A DNA stretch of 64,000 bases. Source: a bacterium. Lineage in GTDB: Bacteria; Patescibacteriota; Minisyncoccia; Phycocordibacterales; UBA1006. The translations under genes and the position numbers were made by a program. The stretch spans positions 1,387 through 65,386 of the forward strand of contig JBAWXN010000001.1 in the NCBI GenBank assembly GCA_037144045.1, written 5' to 3'. The notes below the pieces were generated by a model. The model made no database searches, was not told the DNA's origin, and saw only the letters and a program-made list of their open reading frames with translations. Below are positions 33,758 to 43,110 of the stretch, one piece after another (the stretch's first letter is position 1; each line of letters begins with the position of its first letter).

Positions 33758-33922
33758 ATGTCTGAAGAACGCATGAAGCTTCTGCTGGAAAAGGCAGATA
33801 CTGGGATCATTTCACCCGAAGAAGAACTAGAGCTTCTTGAAGAACTCAATAAGGGGCTCGAAGCATTACAAAAAATAGTTGACCAAATGCCAGATGCAGA
33901 ACCTGGTGCGGTCATTGAATAA
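33758..33922 (+). CDS. small acidic protein (54 aa), copy 2
   Basis: MSEERMKLLLEKADTGIISPEEELELLEELNKGLEALQKIVDQMPDAEPGAVIE; shares M(S/T).EEM.LL..KA....(P/D)EEEL....ELNK...........MPD.E with copy 1. Confidence 0.45.
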   Translation: MSEERMKLLLEKADTGIISPEEELELLEELNKGLEALQKIVDQMPDAEPGAVIE

Positions 33923-33923
33923 T

Positions 33924-34289
33924 ATGGGATTTGAAAACTTTTTTGGGAAAAAGAAAAACAGTAATGAAACCAAAGAGACTATTTGGGATAAGATAGAAAA
34001 AGAGCGAAATAGATATCGCGAGAATGTTTCGAGACTAAAAGATTCTGTTAAGAAAAAAGGAGGTTGGGGCAAAGTTTTTAGTGACAAGATGAGACAAGGG
34101 TATGATTTTTATGCTGAAAAAGTAGCACCTTATGTATATGTTAGTGCTGCTACGATTACGCTTGCCTTGATTATAAGTGGCGCCCCGGTTATGGCTTGGA
34201 TGCCTTATTCAATCATTAATAGTGGTAATTATTTAATACATAGTGGTTGGGAAAAAAGAAATGAAGAGTCGCAACAAAAAGCTGCTTAA
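33924..34289 (+). CDS. basic protein with a TM helix (121 aa), copy 2
   Basis: MGFENFFGKKKN...KKKGGWGKVFSDK then TM VYVSAATITLALIISGAPVMAWM; start at ATG 33924 directly after the stop of 33758..33922 (the ORF-track start 33879 overlaps the upstream gene). Confidence 0.5.
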   Translation: MGFENFFGKKKNSNETKETIWDKIEKERNRYRENVSRLKDSVKKKGGWGKVFSDKMRQGYDFYAEKVAPYVYVSAATITLALIISGAPVMAWMPYSIINSGNYLIHSGWEKRNEESQQKAA

Positions 34290-34324
34290 CTCCTGGAGCA
34301 TACTAAGGAGTGAGCGGTTTTTTG
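34290..34324 (+). terminator. intrinsic terminator (ctcct...aggag, gagcgg + TTTTTT)
   Basis: hairpin followed by T6. Confidence 0.45.
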
Positions 34325-34354
34325 TATGCAAAAGAAAATCGTGTGATACAATAA

Positions 34355-36097
34355 GTGCATATGCAATTTCTAGAACAATTGGTAAAAATGGGAACCATTA
34401 ATCGCTACCAAATGGAAGACATTTTGGAAAAGGCGAAATCAATGAACGGGGACTTGGATAAGGCAATTGAAGCCGAAGGAATTCCGAGTGATGTGGTTCG
34501 CCAAGCTAAAGGTGAATTTTACGGTGTCGCAGAACGAGTAATTAATTTTCAAGACGTGTCGTTAGATGCCTTGAAATATATTCCTGAAGACGCATCGGCT
34601 AACTACCGCATTGTTCCTATTGGAATAAAAAATGGAGTCCTTGAAATTGGAATGCTTGATCCAGGTGATGTTGCTGCAGTAGGGGCGCTCCAGTTTATTT
34701 CCTCAAAAATTAAAATGCCGATCGAGAAATTCGTAATATCCTATGATGACTACAAGAAAGCAGTTGAAGGATATCATGGGGTGAGTGATTTCGTAGAAGA
34801 AGACTCAGGTAACAGAAGTGCAATGGCTGATGAAATCCTTGACGTGCCTAACGATGAAATAGACGAAAACGCAGGAGTAAACAAAGACGGTTCAATCACA
34901 GAAGACGCCCCAGCAACTAAAATGATTGGGGTAATTGTTAAAAATGCTATCGATGGGGGAGCTTCAGATATTCATATCGAACATATTGGAACCGAAGTAC
35001 GGGTTCGGTATCGTGTAGATGGAATTTTGCATACGTCACTGCGTCCTAATAAGTCATTTCACGGAGCATTAGTTGCTAAGATTAAGACCCTTACTGGAAC
35101 GATGAAACTCGATGAAAAACGTAAACCACAAGACGGTCGATTCGTAGCAGTGGTAGACAAGGGAACAGGACGAGAACGTAAGGTAGATTTTCGTGTATCT
35201 ACAATGCCAACATTCTACGGCGAAAAGGTGGTGATTCGTATTTTGGATCCAGAACGAGGAGTAAAAACACTTGAAGACGTAGGACTATCACCAGAGCACC
35301 TTGCCTTAGTACGAGACGTTATTAAACGTCCGCACGGACTCATCCTCATGACAGGACCTACTGGGGAAGGTAAATCAACGACGTTGTACGCAATGATTAA
35401 AGAAATCGATCGTGAAGGACTCAATGTGGTATCACTCGAAGACCCGATCGAATATAACATTCCAGGAATGAGTCAATCACAAGTGAAGCCTGAAATTGGA
35501 TATGATTTCGCTACAGGACTTCGTAGTATTTTGCGACAGGACCCTGATGTAATTATGGTAGGGGAAATTCGTGATAAGGAAACGGCAAAGCTCGCTATTC
35601 AAGCCGCACTTACGGGTCACTTGGTATTTGCCACACTCCACACCAATAGTGCGATTGGGGCAGTGCCTCGTTTGATTGATATGGGAGTGGATCCTTACTT
35701 GATTGCGCCGACATTGCTTATGTCTATGGCACAGCGATTGGTTCAGAAGCTCATTCCAAATACTGGAAAAGCAGTACCAGTAGATGGTTCAATTGCTGAA
35801 ATGATTGGAAAAGAATTCGGTGATTTGCCGCAACAATTCCTTGAACAGCTTCCGATTACTAATACCGTGTATGAAGCACAGCGTTCGGAAGGTTCTGAAT
35901 CAGGTATGCATGGACGTATGCCTGTTGCAGAAATGTTTGTTGTTGATAAAGACATTCAAAATATTATTTTGACCAACCCAGTAGAAAACGCTATTTACGA
36001 ATATGCGCGTAATAAAGGATTCTTGACCATGAAAGACGATGCCGTACTTAAATGTATGGCAGGTAAAATCCCTTGGGATGAAGTAAACACTTTGTAG
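34355..36097 (+). CDS. pilB: type IV pilus assembly ATPase PilB (GspE family)
   Basis: GspE N-domain, GASDIHIE, Walker A GPTGEGKST, Walker B/Asp box, His box. Confidence 0.9.
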   Translation: MHMQFLEQLVKMGTINRYQMEDILEKAKSMNGDLDKAIEAEGIPSDVVRQAKGEFYGVAERVINFQDVSLDALKYIPEDASANYRIVPIGIKNGVLEIGMLDPGDVAAVGALQFISSKIKMPIEKFVISYDDYKKAVEGYHGVSDFVEEDSGNRSAMADEILDVPNDEIDENAGVNKDGSITEDAPATKMIGVIVKNAIDGGASDIHIEHIGTEVRVRYRVDGILHTSLRPNKSFHGALVAKIKTLTGTMKLDEKRKPQDGRFVAVVDKGTGRERKVDFRVSTMPTFYGEKVVIRILDPERGVKTLEDVGLSPEHLALVRDVIKRPHGLILMTGPTGEGKSTTLYAMIKEIDREGLNVVSLEDPIEYNIPGMSQSQVKPEIGYDFATGLRSILRQDPDVIMVGEIRDKETAKLAIQAALTGHLVFATLHTNSAIGAVPRLIDMGVDPYLIAPTLLMSMAQRLVQKLIPNTGKAVPVDGSIAEMIGKEFGDLPQQFLEQLPITNTVYEAQRSEGSESGMHGRMPVAEMFVVDKDIQNIILTNPVENAIYEYARNKGFLTMKDDAVLKCMAGKIPWDEVNTL

Positions 36098-36146
36098 GTG
36101 TTTTTTCATTTACTTCGTAAGGTTGCTCGTGATAGAATACGGTTAT

Positions 36147-37214
36147 ATGCAATCAAGTTTCCAACAACAAGTAGATGCTTTGCTCGATATCGTATTTCAA
36201 AATGGTGCTTCAGACCTTCATTTATCAGTGGGGCGTCACCCGTTTATTCGTGTAAATGGAGCATTGAACGAAGTTACTAATTTCCCAGAACTAACACCGG
36301 ATGACATGGTGGGAATCGTAACCCTTGTTGCAGGTGAAGAAAAATCTGCAAAACTCGCAAACCTTGAAGAAATAGATTTTGCCTACAACTATGCTGATAA
36401 ATTACGCCTCCGAGGAAATGCCTACATTCAATCAGGGAAAGTAACCCTTGCACTCCGCACTATTGAAAAAATTCGAACCCTTGCTGACTTGAAATTGCCT
36501 CAAATATTGCTTCAATTTACCCGTTCTAAACAAGGATTTTTCCTCGTAGTAGGTCCTGTAGGGCAAGGAAAGTCGACGACACTTGCAGCAATGATTGATT
36601 CTATTAACACGGAACGTCGTGAACATATTCTTACTATTGAACACCCTATCGAATATTTACACACAGAAAAACAGTCAATTATCGATCAACGTGAAGTAGG
36701 GCTTGATACTGAATCGTTTCATACAGCACTTGAATCTGCATTCCGAGAAGACGCAAACGTAATTCTGGTAGGTGAAATGCAAAACCCAGAAACGATTGCA
36801 ACTGCCGTAACCGCTGCTGAAACAGGTCACTTGGTATATTCAACACTTCACACTAATAGTGCGGCGCAAACCATTGACCGTATTATCGATTCATTCCCAC
36901 CAGCCCAGCAAGAACAAGTTCGCGTGCAGCTCGCGGCAACACTCCTTGGGGTATTTTCACAACGACTCATCCCAAGTTTGAAAGGAGGTCGTGTAGCAGC
37001 GTACGAATTACTTATTAACACCAAAGGGGTAGCAACCATGATTCGTGAAGGACGCACTCATGAAATTGATACTGCTATCGAAACAGGAAGTGAACACGGC
37101 ATGATTTCCATGAATCGTTCATTAATTGACTTAGTACAGCGGGGTGAAATATCAGTCGATGATGCCCGTATGTTTACGACCAATCCTGATGGATTGACGA
37201 GTATGATGCAATAA
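36147..37214 (+). CDS. pilT: twitching-motility / pilus retraction ATPase PilT
   Basis: GASDLHLSVGRHPFIRVNG, GPVGQGKSTT Walker A, about 355 aa; start at ATG 36147. Confidence 0.88.
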   Translation: MQSSFQQQVDALLDIVFQNGASDLHLSVGRHPFIRVNGALNEVTNFPELTPDDMVGIVTLVAGEEKSAKLANLEEIDFAYNYADKLRLRGNAYIQSGKVTLALRTIEKIRTLADLKLPQILLQFTRSKQGFFLVVGPVGQGKSTTLAAMIDSINTERREHILTIEHPIEYLHTEKQSIIDQREVGLDTESFHTALESAFREDANVILVGEMQNPETIATAVTAAETGHLVYSTLHTNSAAQTIDRIIDSFPPAQQEQVRVQLAATLLGVFSQRLIPSLKGGRVAAYELLINTKGVATMIREGRTHEIDTAIETGSEHGMISMNRSLIDLVQRGEISVDDARMFTTNPDGLTSMMQ

Positions 37215-37228
37215 CCTACAACTAATCT

Positions 37229-38434
37229 ATGAATTTTAATTATAAAGTAATCGACCCAACCGGAAAGGAGGTAGCTGGGCAAATAGATGCGGTAACCAAC
37301 GACGCAGCGGTATCATCACTGCAGCGGCGTGGCTTTATTGTGGTTTCGGTAGTTGCCGACAGTCAAAAAAATATCCTTCAAAAAAGTTTTTCATTTTTTG
37401 ATAAGGTGCCCATGAAAGACGTAGTGATTATGTCACGCCAGCTTTCGGCATTGTTTGATGCTCAGGTATCAGCGCTCAAAGCATTTACCCTGATGTCAGA
37501 ACAGTCTGATAATGGGATGCTTAAATTTGCACTGCAGACCATCAGTCAAGACATTCAAGGAGGTATTTCCATTTCTGGTGCTATGGAAAAACATCCCAAC
37601 GTATTTTCAAACTTTTATGTAGCCATGGTGCGCGCAGGGGAAGAATCTGGGAAACTCACCGAGACGTTCAAGTATCTTGCGGATTATTTGGAACGACAAT
37701 ATGAATTGGTTGCTAAAACTAAAAATGCCTTGGTATATCCGGCATTCGTAGTAGTAACCTTTATTGCAGTAATTGTTTTGATGCTTACGATTGTAATTCC
37801 ACAGTTATCATCAGTACTCCTTGAAACTGGGCAACAACTTCCAATTTATACACGAATCGTAATTGCATTGTCTGACGTGTTCGTACATTACTGGCCGATT
37901 ATGCTTGTGGTAGTTATTGGGTTAGTTGCATACTTCTCATACCTAGCAAGTCGTGAAAGTGGTAAGCGAACGCTTGATTCATGGAAATTAGCACTTCCTG
38001 CATTCGGAAACTTGTATCAGAAACTCTACCTGTCACGTATTGCAGATAACATGAACACGATGCTTTCTGCAGGTATTCCGGTACTCCATGCGCTTGAAAT
38101 TACGGGTGCGGTAGTAGACAACAAAATCTACGAAGAGGTCCTTAAACAAGCCGTAGACGATGTACGCGGAGGAAACCTTATTTCTGCATCATTTGAAAAG
38201 ACTCAATACATTCCGGCAATTATGGTTCAAATGGTAAAAGTAGGAGAAGAAACCGGATCGCTCGGACAAATCCTTTCAACATTGGCTCGTTTCTATAAAC
38301 GAGAAGTAGACAACGCGGTAGACACGTTAATCGGATTGATCGAACCGGTAATGATTGTGGGACTCGGGGTTGGGGTAGGGTTCTTGCTCACCGCCATCCT
38401 TATTCCTATTTATAACATTGCAGGGTCGCTCTAG
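37229..38434 (+). CDS. pilC: type IV pilus platform protein PilC (GspF family, two T2SSF domains)
   Basis: about 400 aa, 3 TM segments, duplicated GspF domain pattern. Confidence 0.88.
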   Translation: MNFNYKVIDPTGKEVAGQIDAVTNDAAVSSLQRRGFIVVSVVADSQKNILQKSFSFFDKVPMKDVVIMSRQLSALFDAQVSALKAFTLMSEQSDNGMLKFALQTISQDIQGGISISGAMEKHPNVFSNFYVAMVRAGEESGKLTETFKYLADYLERQYELVAKTKNALVYPAFVVVTFIAVIVLMLTIVIPQLSSVLLETGQQLPIYTRIVIALSDVFVHYWPIMLVVVIGLVAYFSYLASRESGKRTLDSWKLALPAFGNLYQKLYLSRIADNMNTMLSAGIPVLHALEITGAVVDNKIYEEVLKQAVDDVRGGNLISASFEKTQYIPAIMVQMVKVGEETGSLGQILSTLARFYKREVDNAVDTLIGLIEPVMIVGLGVGVGFLLTAILIPIYNIAGSL

Positions 38435-38486
38435 GGGTAGTATACTATTATCAGTTATTATTTAATTACAAAACAGGTACGCATTT

Positions 38487-38930
38487 ATGAAAAAAAATAT
38501 CTTACAAAAAGGATTTACATTGATCGAACTCCTCGTGGTAGTAGCTATTATTGCTATCCTCTCAGGAACGATCTTGGTAGCGCTTAACAGTGCTCGTGCA
38601 AAAGCGAAAGACGCGCGTATTCAAGCAGAATTGCAACAATTGAAATCGCAAATGGAATTGTATTACACGAGTAATAATAATGGGTATGGATCAGCAACAG
38701 ACTGTACTTCTGGTACCGGTAATCCATTTACTTCTACAGGTGGGACGAACAACGCAGCTACTTTAATTACAGGTCTCGAAATAGATAATGGGTCTGCTTC
38801 ACTAAGTTGTCAAGCAAGCTCAGCTAGTTGGGCTGTTTCATCTCCGTTATCATCAGCAAGTTCAACTTGGTGCGTAGATTCAAATGGAAAATCAAATACA
38901 GGTACCGCTACTGGAGGTTCATGTATCTAA
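38487..38930 (+). CDS. type IV major pilin paralog 1 (class III signal peptide)
   Basis: MKKNILQKG|FTLIELLVVVAIIAILSG... prepilin leader, cleavage after Gly, Glu+5; C-terminal Cys pair. Confidence 0.85.
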   Translation: MKKNILQKGFTLIELLVVVAIIAILSGTILVALNSARAKAKDARIQAELQQLKSQMELYYTSNNNGYGSATDCTSGTGNPFTSTGGTNNAATLITGLEIDNGSASLSCQASSASWAVSSPLSSASSTWCVDSNGKSNTGTATGGSCI

Positions 38931-38985
38931 ACAACTAACTGCTTCGGCGGTTTTTGTTTTAGATAAAACGGGTTATACTACGGTT

Positions 38986-39471
38986 ATGAAAAAAATCTCG
39001 GCAGGGTTTACCTTAATTGAATTACTGGTAGTGGTTGCAATTATTGCGATATTATCAGGAACAATACTGGTTGCTCTGAACAGTGCTCGTACAAAAGCAA
39101 AAGAAGCACGTATTCAAGCTGAAATGCAGCAATTAAAATCACAAATGGAGCTCTACTACACAACAAATGGTGGTTATGGTTCAACCAGTGGGGATTGTAC
39201 GACAGGTGCTTTTGCAAACGGTACTGATAATCCTTCAACGCTTATTAATGGCCTTACTCTAGATATTTGTGGAGCGCTAGGATACTGCAATAAATTAGCT
39301 TGTTATTCAGGTACTGATTGGTGGGTAACTGCGGTGCAAATGCCTAGTGGTTCAACTACGTGGTGTGCGGATTCTAATGGAGCTTCAAAACCTGGAGTAG
39401 ATTCCAATGGAGCACCAAGCGCATCACCATTGTGGGTAATTTCAAACACTCCTAATAAATACTGCTGGTAG
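38986..39471 (+). CDS. type IV major pilin paralog 2
   Basis: MKKISAG|FTLIELLVVVAIIAILSGTILVALNSARTKAKEARIQ...; start at ATG 38986 (the ORF-track start 38884 overlaps pilin 1). Confidence 0.85.
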   Translation: MKKISAGFTLIELLVVVAIIAILSGTILVALNSARTKAKEARIQAEMQQLKSQMELYYTTNGGYGSTSGDCTTGAFANGTDNPSTLINGLTLDICGALGYCNKLACYSGTDWWVTAVQMPSGSTTWCADSNGASKPGVDSNGAPSASPLWVISNTPNKYCW

Positions 39472-39503
39472 CAGTTTTTTTAGTGACTTGGTATACTACA
39501 TAC

Positions 39504-40004
39504 ATGAAAAAAGCCTCAGGATTTACATTGATCGAGCTCCTCGTGGTAGTAGCTATTATTGCTATTCTCTCAGGAACGATCTTGGTAGCACTGAACAGTG
39601 CTCGTGCAAAAGCGAAAGACGCGCGTATTCAATCCCAGTTACAACAAATAAAAGCTCAAGCAGAACTCTATTATACGAACCATGGCAATGCGTATTCAAC
39701 CTACTGGTCAACCTTCACCGGAAACACGGAATCGTTATGTGGAACAGCTGGATATGGGGTGTTTGATGCAACTGATCCGGATTCATCATTTAGGCTTTTG
39801 AAAGACGCAGTCTATGAATACGATGGGCAATGGAATGGTGGTGCTGGGTGGTGTTTCCTAGGCGCAGGAGGGGAAAGTTGGATGGCGCTTGCCGCATTAC
39901 ATTCAGGGGGATATTGGTGCGTAGATTCCAATGGGTCTTCTAAAAATTTTACAGGAAATCCTTGGTCTATTACCTATACTGGGGGTCAAATAAATTGTCC
40001 TTAA
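39504..40004 (+). CDS. type IV major pilin paralog 3
   Basis: MKKASG|FTLIELLVVVAIIAILSGTILVALNSARAKAKDARIQ...; N-terminal 110 nt are about 96 percent identical to paralog 1. Confidence 0.85.
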   Translation: MKKASGFTLIELLVVVAIIAILSGTILVALNSARAKAKDARIQSQLQQIKAQAELYYTNHGNAYSTYWSTFTGNTESLCGTAGYGVFDATDPDSSFRLLKDAVYEYDGQWNGGAGWCFLGAGGESWMALAALHSGGYWCVDSNGSSKNFTGNPWSITYTGGQINCP

Positions 40005-40010
40005 TACATT

Positions 40011-40562
40011 ATGAAAAAAAATAACTTACAAAAAAATAGTGGATTTACCGTACTAGAACTCCTGGTTATTTTAGGAATTATTACTATTTTAATCGGATTA
40101 GTACTTACTGGTTTAAATGCGGCACGAAAACATTCAAACGATGAACGAAAAGTAGCGACCCTTAAGACGGTAGCCCTTGGACTCCGTGAATACTTTAACA
40201 TTTGTCGTGCCTATCCAGTAACCATGGCAGCTAATGAAGCGTGTCCCGCACTTGCAAACCAGGTACCGGCTCGACAATTGAGCGACGTGATTCCTGGAAT
40301 TGTTGGCCTTGATATAAACGGTGCGACTTCAAAATATCATTATGTAAGTCTAGTTGATACGACCTCAAATGGACAAGGCGCTACCGACTGTACCAATTTC
40401 CATGTATGGGTTGACCTTGATGCGGATGGAGCTTCTCTTGCAGCTCAAAAAAGTAACAAGACATCAGCAGATTACGCAACGCTTGGACTCGTTCAGTGTT
40501 CAGGTAATACCGTGGTACCACTTGCAACTCAAGACAACACGGTGTATGACATCTTAAAGTAA
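40011..40562 (+). CDS. type IV pilin-like protein (divergent fourth pilin)
   Basis: MKKNNLQKNSG|FTVLELLVILGIITILIG... prepilin motif. Confidence 0.8.
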   Translation: MKKNNLQKNSGFTVLELLVILGIITILIGLVLTGLNAARKHSNDERKVATLKTVALGLREYFNICRAYPVTMAANEACPALANQVPARQLSDVIPGIVGLDINGATSKYHYVSLVDTTSNGQGATDCTNFHVWVDLDADGASLAAQKSNKTSADYATLGLVQCSGNTVVPLATQDNTVYDILK

Positions 40563-40570
40563 TTACTATT

Positions 40571-41317
40571 ATGAATATTCTTATTACTATTCTCGCAGGA
40601 ATCCTCGGCCTTATTATTGGTAGTTTTTTAAATGTGGTTATTTTACGAATGAATACAGGGCGAGGACTCGGCGGGCGATCAAAATGTTTTTCATGTAATA
40701 AAACACTTGCGTGGTATGAATTACTACCGGTAGTAAGCTATCTTGTTCAAGGTGGGAAATGTCGAAATTGTAAAACACCTATTTCAAAGCAGTATGCGTT
40801 AGTTGAAGGAGTAACGGCACTGCTATTCGCCGGGGTTGCAGCACAAATGAATGTATTGACACAACCAATAACGGTGTTGTTGTGGTTAGTGCTTGTTTCG
40901 CTAGGAATGATTATTGCGGTTTACGATATTCGTCATTATGTAATTCCTGAAATGCCACTCATTTTATTTTTAGGTACTACGATTGCTATTGGATTTCATG
41001 GGATTGCTTTTCTGCTGGTTCCATTACCATTTTTGTTGTTATGGGTTGTTTCAAGGGGTGCTTGGATTGGTTTTGGAGATATAGAACTTATGGCATGCGC
41101 TGGAATGTTGCTTGGGATTACAGGAGGAATTGCAGCAGTAGTAAGTTCTTTTTGGATTGCGTGTATCGTGATCCTTCCCTGGTATGCACTCCAAAAATTA
41201 CGAAAGAAAAACGTATCGCACAAAGTTCCGTTTGGTCCATTTCTCTTGGCGGGAATGTATTTAGTGGGAATCTTTGGAATAAATGTTTTAACAATGATAA
41301 TGGGTATGGTAAAATAA
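40571..41317 (+). CDS. pilD: prepilin peptidase / N-methyltransferase (A24 family)
   Basis: CFSCNKTLAWYELLPVVSYLVQGGKCRNCKTPIS zinc motif, multi-TM, conserved Asp residues. Confidence 0.88.
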   Translation: MNILITILAGILGLIIGSFLNVVILRMNTGRGLGGRSKCFSCNKTLAWYELLPVVSYLVQGGKCRNCKTPISKQYALVEGVTALLFAGVAAQMNVLTQPITVLLWLVLVSLGMIIAVYDIRHYVIPEMPLILFLGTTIAIGFHGIAFLLVPLPFLLLWVVSRGAWIGFGDIELMACAGMLLGITGGIAAVVSSFWIACIVILPWYALQKLRKKNVSHKVPFGPFLLAGMYLVGIFGINVLTMIMGMVK

Positions 41318-41321
41318 CCTT

Positions 41322-41975
41322 ATGAAACACAAAGGGTTCACACTTATAGAATTCATTGTTATTATCAGTATTTTTGCAGTGATGGCATCAGTTGCATTGT
41401 TTAACTTTAATGGATTTAGAAGTAATGTAGGATTAAACAACCTTGCACACGACATTGGACTTACGATTCGCCAAGCTCAAGTATTTGGGTGGGTAACGCA
41501 GTCAGCGTCGTCATCAGGAGCAATTGCGCTTGATAGTCTAGATCCGATTACGGGAAACCCGGTTCGATTCGCAGACGGAGTATTTTTTGATAGTGCGACA
41601 TTAGGTACAGAATTTATCTTGTATCGAAAAACAAACGAAAATAATCCTAAAAATTACGAAACAGGATTAGATTCACGAATTGATACCATTAAAATTAATG
41701 GTCCGTATATTATTGAGAAAATATTATCGTCTCCCAATAAGGCTGACCTTAAAATTACATCAGCAAACCTGGTTCCAACCACAGGTCTCATTACGACCAT
41801 GTCTGATGTATCTATTGCATTTACTCGTCCAAAACCTGAAGCAGCATTCTTTAGTGGAGTTGCACCTAGTGCTGATACTTATGTTGCTATTTATATTCGT
41901 GGAACAACTGACCCACTAGGAAGCGCGAGTCATGTCGTGATCGTTTCTCGTACGGGTGAAATTGATGTACAATAA
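41322..41975 (+). CDS. minor pilin / pseudopilin (prepilin-type N-terminal cleavage domain)
   Basis: MKHKG|FTLIEFIVIISIFAVMASVA. Confidence 0.75.
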   Translation: MKHKGFTLIEFIVIISIFAVMASVALFNFNGFRSNVGLNNLAHDIGLTIRQAQVFGWVTQSASSSGAIALDSLDPITGNPVRFADGVFFDSATLGTEFILYRKTNENNPKNYETGLDSRIDTIKINGPYIIEKILSSPNKADLKITSANLVPTTGLITTMSDVSIAFTRPKPEAAFFSGVAPSADTYVAIYIRGTTDPLGSASHVVIVSRTGEIDVQ

Positions 41976-41987
41976 TACTATTCTCTT

Positions 41988-42542
41988 ATGTTTTCTCAAT
42001 CTCGATTAACAACAAAACGACACGCAGGATTTACCTTGATGGAGGTGATGGTTTCGGTTTCCATTTTTACTATTGTCGTTGTTGTGGGGATTGGGTCATT
42101 GCTTACTATTAATGAAACATATCGTAAATCACAAACTGACCGTAAAGCAGTAGATAGTCTCACGTACAACCTCGAGGCTATGAGTCGCCGTATTAGAACG
42201 GCTCAGACATGGAGCGGGGTAATCGGAACACCTGCTAATTCATTTTCATTTAAAGATCAAGACGGTGTAGATGTGAGTTATCAATACGATGCACTTATCC
42301 CTGATCATATTGCGGTTACGGAAACACCTCCAGGTGGGACTGCAGCTACGTATGATATTACCCCTGATGGGGTGCATATCGATAGCTCAGTTCCTGGTGG
42401 TGGTATGTGGTTTACTCAATATCAAACAGGAGTAACGGGTCAAAAATATCTCCAAATTAACATTGGAGGACGGGTTGAAAATGGAAAGCAGACATCACAA
42501 TTCATGTTTCAAACGTCAGTATCGAAACGAACTTTTGAATAA
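41988..42542 (+). CDS. minor pilin / pseudopilin
   Basis: ...KRHAG|FTLMEVMVSVSIFTIVVVVG. Confidence 0.75.
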   Translation: MFSQSRLTTKRHAGFTLMEVMVSVSIFTIVVVVGIGSLLTINETYRKSQTDRKAVDSLTYNLEAMSRRIRTAQTWSGVIGTPANSFSFKDQDGVDVSYQYDALIPDHIAVTETPPGGTAATYDITPDGVHIDSSVPGGGMWFTQYQTGVTGQKYLQINIGGRVENGKQTSQFMFQTSVSKRTFE

Positions 42543-42544
42543 TT

Positions 42545-43102
42545 ATGCAACGACTCAATCGACAAAAACATAGTCTTGAATCTTCTCGACATAACGGGTT
42601 TACTTTGATTGAGACCCTTTTTGCAATTCTAATCTTTTCGGCAGCGTTAATTTCTCTTCTTGCAATTTCAAGTAAAGGTATTAGTGCAACGAATGAAGTA
42701 AAAAATGAAACCACGGCATATTATTTAGCTCAAGAAGGCCTTGAGGTGGTGCGTAATATTCGTGATAATAATTTCCTCCTCATTCAAGCAGGAGGATCAG
42801 GTAGTTGGACTGATGGATTTTTGAATAACCCTGACTGTAGTACTACCCCGTGTCATGTGGTGTACTCCCCAGGATCCGTTCCAGTGCTTGCTCAAAATAG
42901 TGGACAACTATCGAATGAAATTTATTTGAATGCTGGCCAATATGCAAATACAGGAACAGACGATACAGGATTTTCTCGGGATATTACGGTTGCGGTAGGT
43001 GCGGGTCTAGATGAATATATTATTACGTCAACGGTAAACTGGCAGGCAAAAACTATTAAGAAAACGGTGACCCTACAAACATTTCTTAAGAAGTGGCAAT
43101 AA
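42545..43102 (+). CDS. minor pilin / pseudopilin (PilV-like)
   Basis: ...SRHNG|FTLIETLFAILIFSAALISL. Confidence 0.75.
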   Translation: MQRLNRQKHSLESSRHNGFTLIETLFAILIFSAALISLLAISSKGISATNEVKNETTAYYLAQEGLEVVRNIRDNNFLLIQAGGSGSWTDGFLNNPDCSTTPCHVVYSPGSVPVLAQNSGQLSNEIYLNAGQYANTGTDDTGFSRDITVAVGAGLDEYIITSTVNWQAKTIKKTVTLQTFLKKWQ

Positions 43103-43110
43103 ATTATCAT

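Noticed and set aside
36098-36280. 60-aa ORF overlapping the pilT start, and the ORF-track pilT start at 36123
   Set aside because: PilT homologs begin near the GASDLH motif; ATG 36147 gives the canonical N-terminus; the overlapping short ORF has no support
38884-38985. Upstream extension of pilin paralog 2 overlapping the pilin 1 3' end
   Set aside because: A prepilin leader is 6-10 residues; ATG 38986 gives MKKISAG|FTLIE, matching the other paralogs
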